From Myxococcota bacterium (GTDB taxonomy: Bacteria; Myxococcota; JACRCW01), in assembly GCA_040752415.1 (NCBI GenBank), contig JBFMGU010000012.1, positions 12,783-76,782 on the forward strand: 64,000 nt of DNA, in the 5' to 3' direction. The notes beneath the pieces were generated by a model. It saw nothing but the letters and a program-made list of their open reading frames with translations. It did not search any database and was not told the DNA's origin. This document shows positions 56,971 through 64,000 of this stretch, piece after piece; the first letter of the stretch is position 1, and each line of letters starts with the position of its first letter. A program made the translations under genes and the position numbers.

Positions 56971-58399
56971 CATCATGCCCGGGCGATGCGTGCGTGCCCT
57001 TCTCCTCGTCTCCATCTCGGCGTGCGCGCTCCCGGTGGCCCGGCCGGGATTCGACTCGGTTCGTGACCTGGCCATGACGCGGACCGGCCACCGCGTCCAC
57101 TGGTACCAGGGCACGCCCGAGGATGAGCAGGCCTTCGCCGCGGTGCGTGACCTCCTCTCCAGGCCGCTCACCCGCGACGCTGCCGTGCAGGTTGCGTTGC
57201 TCAACAACCGCTCCCTCCTCGCTGTGTATGAGGAGCTCGGCGTGGCGCAGGCGGACCTCGTCAAGGCCGGTCTCCTCGCCAATCCGGTGTTCGGGGTCGA
57301 GCTGCGCTCGCGCAACCTGGCGCTCAACCCGCCCGCGCTGGTCCCTGCGCCGCCCGAGGTCGAGGCTTCCGTTGGGATGGACCTGCTCTCCATCCTGCTC
57401 ATCCCGCTGCGGACCCGGCTCGCGGAGCAGCAGTTCGAGCAGGCCAGGCTGCGGGTCGGAAACGCGGTGATCCAGCTTGCCGCCGAGGTGCAGACCGCCT
57501 TCTGGGAACATGAGTCCGCGGTCCAGTTGGCGCAGGCGCGTCGCCTGTTCGCGGAGGCGGCGGACGCGGGCGCGGAGCTGGCGCGACGTCAACGGGAGGC
57601 GGGGAACATCCAGGAGCTGGAGCAGGCCGTCGAGGAATCCCTGATGCTGGAGGCCCGTCTCGGGCTCGCCCAGGCCGACGCCATGGTGCTGGAGGCGCGC
57701 GAGCATCTCAATCGCCTCATGGGCGTCTGGGGGCCGCAGACCGCGTGGACCTCGCAGGGTTCGCTGCCCGATCTCCCCCACGCTGAACCGGCCGTGGAGA
57801 AGCTGGAGTCACTCGCCGTCACGGAACGTCTCGACCTCGCCGCGGAACGTCGCCAGATCGAGCTGCTGACGCGTGCGCTGGACCTCAATCGTCCCTGGCT
57901 GCTGCCGCTGCTCGACGCCGACGCGCACGCGGAGCTGGAGGCCGACGGGCTCGCTTTCGGCCCCGGCGTCGACGTGCAGATTCCCATCTTTGACTTTGGC
58001 CAGGCGGAGCGGGCCGCCCTGCGTGCCCAGAAACGCGCCGCCGAGCAACGCTTTGCCGGTCTGGCCGTGGACATCCGTTCCGAGGTGCGTTCCGCGCGCA
58101 ATCGCCTGCTCACCACGCGCGCCATGGCGGAGTACTACCGTGACCGCCTGCTGCCGGTGCGCGCTCGCGTCGTCGAGCAGACGTTGCTCCTCTACAACCG
58201 CATGTTCCTTGGCGTGTTTGCGCTGTTGCGGGCACGCCAGGACGAGCTCGCCGCGCGGCAGGGCCACATCGAGACGCTGCTGGCCTATTGGCAGGCGCGT
58301 GTCGAGCTGGAGCGCGCGGTGGGAGGACGGCTGCCCACGCCCACCGTGACGGAATCCTCGCCGCCCACCTCCACTGGACACACGGGGCACCGCCCATGA
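56957..58399 (+). CDS. TolC/CusC-family outer membrane efflux lipoprotein
   Basis: AVQVALLNN, ADLV.AGLL.NP, QIPIFD.GQA, LERAVGG. Confidence 0.88.
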   Translation: MKHGDIMPGRCVRALLLVSISACALPVARPGFDSVRDLAMTRTGHRVHWYQGTPEDEQAFAAVRDLLSRPLTRDAAVQVALLNNRSLLAVYEELGVAQADLVKAGLLANPVFGVELRSRNLALNPPALVPAPPEVEASVGMDLLSILLIPLRTRLAEQQFEQARLRVGNAVIQLAAEVQTAFWEHESAVQLAQARRLFAEAADAGAELARRQREAGNIQELEQAVEESLMLEARLGLAQADAMVLEAREHLNRLMGVWGPQTAWTSQGSLPDLPHAEPAVEKLESLAVTERLDLAAERRQIELLTRALDLNRPWLLPLLDADAHAELEADGLAFGPGVDVQIPIFDFGQAERAALRAQKRAAEQRFAGLAVDIRSEVRSARNRLLTTRAMAEYYRDRLLPVRARVVEQTLLLYNRMFLGVFALLRARQDELAARQGHIETLLAYWQARVELERAVGGRLPTPTVTESSPPTSTGHTGHRP

Positions 58400-59661
58400 A
58401 GAAGCGCTCCCTCACCCGTCGTCAACTTGTGCTTGGTGGTCCGCCGTTGGTCGCGGGTGGTGCTGCCTTGCTGGCCACGTCTCCTGCCGCGGCGGACCGC
58501 CCGCGCGCTGAGCAGGGCCCGGAGCCCACCGGCCCGCAGGCCTACGTTCCCGTCGTCACGCCGAACGGCAGCACGCTGCCCTGGACCATGGACAACGGCG
58601 TGAAGGTCTTCCACCTCGTCGCGGAACCGGTGAAGCGGGAGCTCACGGGCGGGCTGGTCATCAACGCCTGGGGCTACAACGGTCAGACCCCGGGACCGAC
58701 CATCGAGGCCGTTGAGGGGGATCGTGTACGCATCCTCGTCACCAACAAGCTGCCGGAGCGCACCAGCGTGCACTGGCACGGCGTGCTCCTACCCAATGGC
58801 ATGGACGGCGTGGGCGGGCTGACGCAGCGTCACATCGACCCGGGCCAGACCTTTGCCTACGAGTTCACGCTCCGGCAGCACGGCACGCAGATGTACCATC
58901 CGCACTCCGACGAGATGCTGCAGATGGCCATGGGCATGATGGGTTTCTTCATCATCCACCCCCGGCGCGCGCGCACGCCGACGGTGGACCGGGACTTCGC
59001 CATCTTCCTGCACGAGTGGGCGGTGAAGCCCGGGACGATGACACCGGACCCTTCGGTGATGCTGGACTTCAACCTGTTCACGTTCAACGGCCGGACATTC
59101 CCCAGCATTGATCACCTTGTGGTCCGGCTTGGTCAGCGCGTGCGCATCCGCATTGCCAACCTCACCATGGACAGTCATCCCATCCACCTGCACGGCCACT
59201 CCTTCTGGGTCACCGGGACCGACGGCGGGCCCATCCCGCCCGCGGCGCAGTGGCCGGAGACCACCGTGAACGTTCCCGTCGGGTCCACGCGTGACATCGA
59301 GTTCGTGGCGGACAATCCCGGCGACTGGCCGCTGCACTGTCACAAGACCCATCACGTCATGAACGGCATGGGCCACGACCTGCCCAACATGCTCGGCGTC
59401 AACCAGCAGGGCGTGGAGGGCCGCATCCGGCGCCTGGTGCCCGGCTACATGGCCATGGGCACGCGCGGAATGGGCGGCATGATGGACATGGGTGGTCCCC
59501 GCAACAGCGTACCGATGATGACCGGCACCGGCCCCTTCGGCGACATGGAGATGGGCGGCATGTTCACCGTGGTGAAGATCCGCGAGGGGATCACCAGCTA
59601 CGAGGACCCCGGCTGGTACCGTCATCCGCCGGGCACGGTGGCAGGTCCCGTCACGACGTAG
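58396..59661 (+). CDS. Tat-exported copper oxidase (multicopper oxidase family)
   Basis: TRRQLV Tat-like motif; HWHG, MYHPH, HPIHLHGH, HCHKTHH.M; Met-rich tail. Confidence 0.92.
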   Translation: MKKRSLTRRQLVLGGPPLVAGGAALLATSPAAADRPRAEQGPEPTGPQAYVPVVTPNGSTLPWTMDNGVKVFHLVAEPVKRELTGGLVINAWGYNGQTPGPTIEAVEGDRVRILVTNKLPERTSVHWHGVLLPNGMDGVGGLTQRHIDPGQTFAYEFTLRQHGTQMYHPHSDEMLQMAMGMMGFFIIHPRRARTPTVDRDFAIFLHEWAVKPGTMTPDPSVMLDFNLFTFNGRTFPSIDHLVVRLGQRVRIRIANLTMDSHPIHLHGHSFWVTGTDGGPIPPAAQWPETTVNVPVGSTRDIEFVADNPGDWPLHCHKTHHVMNGMGHDLPNMLGVNQQGVEGRIRRLVPGYMAMGTRGMGGMMDMGGPRNSVPMMTGTGPFGDMEMGGMFTVVKIREGITSYEDPGWYRHPPGTVAGPVTT

Positions 59662-59666
59662 AGCCT

Positions 59667-59947
59667 GCGCCAGAACAGATTGCCCACGGGGTCCCTGACA
59701 CTCTCGAGCGGACCACGACCTGGAGTGCGGCGGGCCCTCGCCGCCCTGGTCAGCGCCGAGCGGTTTGGCACTCCGTCAACGGAACGACGATCGCGGAGAC
59801 GTCGGACGCCTCGTGGAGACCTGGTCGAGGACCGCTCATACGTTGAGAACGCGCACGGCACCGACCAGGGCGGCGAGGGCCCGCCGCACTCCAGGTCGTG
59901 GTCCGCTTGAGAGCGTCGCGGACCCCATGGGCGGTTTGTTGTGGTGC
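59667..59947. repeat. Long inverted-repeat element (REP doublet-like), arms about 95 bp, loop about 90 bp
   Basis: 59707-59751 is a perfect reverse complement of 59863-59907; each arm has GGAGTGCGGCG-GGCCCT-CGCCGC. Confidence 0.9.
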
Positions 59948-60111
59948 TGCGTTCGTCGCAGCCGGAACTCCTCTCTGCGAGACCGTGCAGAAACCGATGG
60001 TTGCCGTGCTGTTGACGACGTCACGGGGACGCGAGGCGCCATTTGGCCGACAGCTCATCCCCTTCCAGCGGCGCCGAGGGCCGCTTTACTAGGCCGGCGC
60101 CGGTCGCGCGT

Positions 60112-60801
60112 TCAGTTGACCTGGACGCCGATTGCCTCGGTGCGGGCGCTGGACACGCGCCACTGCTGCGGCACGCCGTCAAAGAAGTCCACGCGGCCGC
60201 TCTCCAGGTCGTATTCCGCGCCCAGGATGACCAGGTTTCCGTCGCGGACACGCTGCTCCAGGACGCGGCTGGCCGTGCGGAGGTGCGCGGCGGAGACCAG
60301 CACGTTGGCGCGGGTGGCTTCATGCAGCAGGGCGTGCGGGGCGCGTCCGCCCTGGACGAGGGGCCGGACCGCCGGCGAAATGCGCTCGACGATGTCCCGG
60401 AGGTTCTCCGACGCCGGCGCGCCGCCGGAGCAGACCGCATCCACCGTGGCCTTCACGGCGCCGCAGTGGGTATGGCCCATCACCACGACGAGCTGCGTCC
60501 CGAACGTGGCCGTTGCGAACTCGATGCTCCCCACCAGCGACGGCGCCACCACGTTGCCCGCCACGCGGACCACGAAGAGGTCACCGAGCCCGCAATCAAA
60601 GACGATCTCCGACGGGACGCGGGAGTCCGAGCACGAGAGCACCACCGCCATGGGACTCTGCCCGGCCACCAGCGCGCCGCGCCGTGACTGCGCCACCAGC
60701 GCATCAATGCTGCGCACGTTGTTGGTGAATCGGTGATTGCCCTGCACGAGGCGGAGGTACGCGTCGGCGGCGGAGATGGGACGGGGGGTGGACGTGGTCA
60801 T
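60112..60801 (-). CDS. Beta-class carbonic anhydrase
   Basis: L..GN.RF, CSDSRV, RVAGN, GHTHCGAV, YDLESG. Confidence 0.93.
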   Translation of the reverse strand: MTTSTPRPISAADAYLRLVQGNHRFTNNVRSIDALVAQSRRGALVAGQSPMAVVLSCSDSRVPSEIVFDCGLGDLFVVRVAGNVVAPSLVGSIEFATATFGTQLVVVMGHTHCGAVKATVDAVCSGGAPASENLRDIVERISPAVRPLVQGGRAPHALLHEATRANVLVSAAHLRTASRVLEQRVRDGNLVILGAEYDLESGRVDFFDGVPQQWRVSSARTEAIGVQVN

Positions 60802-60833
60802 GGTGTCTTCCTTGGTGATTCGCGGACGGCGTG

Positions 60834-61592
60834 TCAGCGGTTGAGTTGAACGGGCACGGCCACCATCAGCCGGTTGCCGTTCCAGAGGGATGTGAAGCTG
60901 AGGCCCATGGCCAGCAGGACGTTGCCGGCGGGCAGGAGGAAGGCGAGGAAGCCGACGCGGGGCGCCACCGCCGCCATCACGATGGCGCCAGCGATGAACG
61001 CGGTGATCTTGCCGGCGCGCAGCATCGTGCCGCGGATCGCCGCGCGGCGCGCCTCGCCCTGGGCGAAGAGCGACGTCGCCAGGTTGATACCCAGGTCGGT
61101 GGCCGGACCGGTCAGGTGCGTCGTTCGGACCACGAGGCCGGTGCTGGTTGCCACCGCCGCGTTCTGCAGGCCCATGGCCAGCGAGAGGGCGCACAAGAGG
61201 ACGAAGTCCACCGGCTCCTCGGGCTGGCCGCCAAACACGCCGAGGAGCCCAAGGTGTCCGGTCACCGCCACCGTCACCAGCAGCACGGCCACCGCCGCCA
61301 GCGGCAACGCGTACAGCGGGGTGCGGCCACGGTGGTGACGTCCGTCGATGGCCAGCACCGACAGCATGGCGCCCAGCACGAATGCACCGAGCACCAGCGC
61401 GTAGTCGACCATCAACCACCACTGGCCCACGTCCAGGCCGATGCGCGTGGCGCTGCCCGTCACGTGGGTGACAAAACGCGCGCAGGCCAGGAACGCCGCG
61501 GCGTTCACGCTGCCCGCCGAGAAGGCCAGCAGCAGCCAGCTGGGCATGTGGCGCAACGAGAAGACCGCCTGAGGACCGTGCAACGCGAGCAT
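60834..61592 (-). CDS. YoaK/DUF1275 membrane protein
   Basis: AG.VNA, FVTHVTG, F..GA, MGLQNA, VRTTHLTG..TD. Confidence 0.88.
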   Translation of the reverse strand: MLALHGPQAVFSLRHMPSWLLLAFSAGSVNAAAFLACARFVTHVTGSATRIGLDVGQWWLMVDYALVLGAFVLGAMLSVLAIDGRHHRGRTPLYALPLAAVAVLLVTVAVTGHLGLLGVFGGQPEEPVDFVLLCALSLAMGLQNAAVATSTGLVVRTTHLTGPATDLGINLATSLFAQGEARRAAIRGTMLRAGKITAFIAGAIVMAAVAPRVGFLAFLLPAGNVLLAMGLSFTSLWNGNRLMVAVPVQLNR

Positions 61593-61664
61593 GCGCCTCT
61601 CCCTGACGGCTGCAGGAATAGGTTCCGCCGGTGTTGACGACAATCAGAAACTTTGGAATGAATA

Positions 61665-61681
61665 TGTCTAGAAAACCGACA
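61665..61681. promoter_or_regulatory. Candidate LysR operator in the divergent promoter region
   Basis: TGTC-N9-GACA dyad in an AT-rich spacer just before the LysR start. Confidence 0.4.
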
Positions 61682-61685
61682 GATC

Positions 61686-62585
61686 ATGGAATGGCTCAAC
61701 TACCACCACCTCCTGTACTTCTGGCTCGTCGCCCGCGAGGGCGGGCTCGCGCCGGCGGCGCGCAAGGCGCGGCTCGCGCACTCCACGTTGAGCACCCAGG
61801 TGCACACGCTCGAGGAGCAGCTCGGGCAGAAGCTCTTCCAGCGCGTCGGTCGGCGCCTGGAGCTCACCGACGCGGGCCGGCTGGCCTACCGCTACGCGGA
61901 GGACATCTTCGCGCTCGGCAGCGAGATGCGGGACGCGTTGCGCGGGCGCCAGACGGACCGGCCGCTGCGGGTCGACGTGGGCGTGGCCGACGTGGTGCCC
62001 AAGCTCGTGGTGGCACGAATCCTGGACCCGGCGCTGCGGCTTGCGCAGCCGGTGCGCCTGGTGGTGCACGAGGATGCGCACGAGAACCTGCTGACGCGTC
62101 TCGCCGGCCACGAGCTGCACGCCATCGTCGCCGACGCGCCGGTGCCAACGGGCAGCGCGGTGCGCGCGCACAATCACGTGCTCGGGGACAGCGGCGTCGC
62201 CTTCTTCGCGACGGCGGAGCACCAGGGACTGCGTCGCGGCTTCCCGCGGTCGCTGCAGGGCGCGCCCATGCTGTTGCCCATGCCCGGCGCACCGCTCCGT
62301 CGGGCGCTGGATGCATGGTTCGCCGACCTCGGCCTCACGCCGCGCATCGTGGCGGAGTTCGAGGACAGCGCGCTGCTGAAGACCGTGGGGAGCGAAGGGC
62401 ACGGCGTCTTCCCCGCGCCGGCCGCGGTGGCCAACCGCGTCCGTCGTCAGTTCGGGGTCCAGCTCATCGGCCGCGCTGACGACGTGCGCGAGCGCTTCTA
62501 CCTCATTTCGCTCGAACGACGGCTGCGCAACCCCGCGGTGGTGGCACTGTTCGAACAGGCCCGGGAGCACATCTTCCGCAGCTGA
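61686..62585 (+). CDS. nhaR: NhaR-like LysR-family transcriptional regulator
   Basis: WLNYHHLLYFW.VA.EG; GVADVVPK; EFEDSALLK; ERRLRNPAV. Confidence 0.85.
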   Translation: MEWLNYHHLLYFWLVAREGGLAPAARKARLAHSTLSTQVHTLEEQLGQKLFQRVGRRLELTDAGRLAYRYAEDIFALGSEMRDALRGRQTDRPLRVDVGVADVVPKLVVARILDPALRLAQPVRLVVHEDAHENLLTRLAGHELHAIVADAPVPTGSAVRAHNHVLGDSGVAFFATAEHQGLRRGFPRSLQGAPMLLPMPGAPLRRALDAWFADLGLTPRIVAEFEDSALLKTVGSEGHGVFPAPAAVANRVRRQFGVQLIGRADDVRERFYLISLERRLRNPAVVALFEQAREHIFRS

Positions 62586-62647
62586 CTGTTTGCCAGGGGG
62601 ACCTGTCCGCGGCCCCGCACGCTTGCCGAGATTCTAAACTAAAGACT

Positions 62648-62740
62648 TCAACCAATCGCAGCGCCATCGCGGACTACGAAACGGGGCGACGCTTGCCCAC
62701 GCTGAGAACGCTCATCGCGCTGGCCGATGCGCTGAAATCA
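62648..62740 (+). pseudogene. XRE/Cro-type HTH remnant
   Basis: NRSAIADYETGRRLPTLRTLIALADAL with no N-terminal helix or start codon nearby. Confidence 0.55.
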
Positions 62741-62911
62741 GACGGTGAAGACGGGACGTGCGCGCCTCATGCCCGTGCATCCACCGCTTCGGGGTCGTGC
62801 TTCGCGCGTGGTGGGAAAGCGGGTGGGCTCGCGTGAACACCAGCATGAACCCGTGGACGAGGTGACAGGTGAGCTGGTGGGTGCCGCCGTTGTGGCCGCC
62901 GGACCTGCTTT

Positions 62912-62932
62912 CTGCTCACACACTGCTCACAC
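62912..62932. repeat. 10-bp direct repeat CTGCTCACAC x2 next to the tRNA 3' end
   Basis: Copies at 62912-62921 and 62923-62932. Confidence 0.6.
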
Positions 62933-62966
62933 CGCGTCACAAGCTATTGGATTTGCCAGAAGAAAC

Positions 62967-63056
<90 letters not shown>

Positions 63057-63230
63057 GTGCTGAAGAACGACGTGGCCGGCTTCCCTACCCTTTCACCGCC
63101 GCGCCCGCCAGCGCTCCCGGTCGATCCGCGGGAAGAAAATTGGCGCTCACGCTCAAGCGGTGAGAGCTTGGCTCCAGCTGGCGCAACCTGGCTCCCGCCG
63201 GATGACGACGGGGGCGCATGGAGCAGAGCC

Positions 63231-64000
63231 ATGGAGCTCCAGGAATCCCGCGCGCACGTGCGTGCACCCTTCATCCACAAGGTCAGCGTCATCCCCTCGT
63301 CGGCCACGCGGCCCCTGAAGCTGTGGGCCACCAACCTCTCGGAAGGCGGGGTGTGCCTGCAGACGGCGCATCCCTTCCGTCGGGGGGACCGCATTGGCCT
63401 GCGCCTGGACTGCGGCGGCACCGACATCGCCATCCCGGTGTGCGAGGTGGCCTGGGTGTTGCGCGAGATGAAAGGGAGCAGCCGCGCCCCCGGCGTGGGC
63501 CTGCGCTTCCTGGATGTCCGCCCCGACGACCGCAAGCTCATCCGCCAGACCGTCCGCGACCTGTTGAAGTCCCCTCCCGACGTGTCCGTCCCTCCCCCCG
63601 ACGAGACCGCCGCCACGCCCATCCACTCCAAGGAGCCCGAGCCCATGCACCACGAGCCGTCCCTGCCCCCGCCGGGGGACCCCATCTCCATCACGCCCTC
63701 GCTCTCGGGGCTGCCGGAGACCGCGCCGCCCAGCGAGATCTCCGAGGTGGGCGCGGCCGGTCCCTCGCTCTCCTTGGGGCCCCTGCCCGCCGAGGAGGTG
63801 CGCTGGGAGTTCTCTGACGGTGGTCGCACCGAGGAGCGTCGCAGCGTGCGGCCCAGGCAGGGTGGCAACAGCCTGGGGCTCGCCGCCGGCCTGCTCGTGG
63901 CCGGGACGCTCACCGGGATGATCTTCGGCGTGCTCAACCAGAGCGGTCGCAACGCGCCCAAGCCCGCGGAGCCCGCCCCCGCCGCGCCTGCCGCTCCCGT
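63231..64000 (+). CDS. PilZ-domain membrane protein (runs off the window end)
   Basis: MELQESRAHVRAP (RxxxR), TNLSEGG, GVGLRF, Pro-rich linker, TM segment; frame not in the ORF track. Confidence 0.85.
   Translation, partial: MELQESRAHVRAPFIHKVSVIPSSATRPLKLWATNLSEGGVCLQTAHPFRRGDRIGLRLDCGGTDIAIPVCEVAWVLREMKGSSRAPGVGLRFLDVRPDDRKLIRQTVRDLLKSPPDVSVPPPDETAATPIHSKEPEPMHHEPSLPPPGDPISITPSLSGLPETAPPSEISEVGAAGPSLSLGPLPAEEVRWEFSDGGRTEERRSVRPRQGGNSLGLAAGLLVAGTLTGMIFGVLNQSGRNAPKPAEPAPAAPAAP

Noticed and set aside
63218..63817. ORF-track protein of 199 aa
   Set aside because: Wrong frame; the PilZ protein starting at 63231 is the credible gene

Overview
Very GC-rich DNA (about 70% by eye). Gene content suggests a Myxococcota/deltaproteobacteria-like organism; this is an inference. 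1-19.8 kb is the second half of a flagellar gene cluster: fliR(3')-flhB-flhA-flhF-flhG-fliA, an inverted fliJ-like gene, flgFGAHI, an FlgJ-like/M23 fusion, flgMNKL, a catalytically degenerate class I adenylate cyclase homolog, fliC, fliD, fliS and a fliT-like gene. 19.8-26.6 kb is an HDOD / histidine kinase / response regulator cassette. It shares a sigma28-like promoter motif with fliC, flgM and fliJ. 26.8-62.9 kb is mostly a copper/metal homeostasis accessory region: three multicopper oxidases, a CopA-type ATPase, TolC, His- and Met-rich exported proteins, a His-rich sensor kinase with a sigma54 activator, a P2-type ATPase, carbonic anhydrase, NhaR and several gene remnants. It ends at the 3' end of a tRNA-Ser(TGA). 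The most notable feature missing from the ORF track is a 40-aa peptide gene (42645-42767) ending in three tandem xxCCGN repeats. It has a strong RBS and lies downstream of the same palindromic motif (GAGAATATTCTC) found before the copper genes, making it a candidate metallothionein-like peptide or RiPP precursor. Also present are four long REP/REPIN-like inverted-repeat elements and a 22-bp-period tandem array. All family assignments come from motif recognition by eye, not from database searches.
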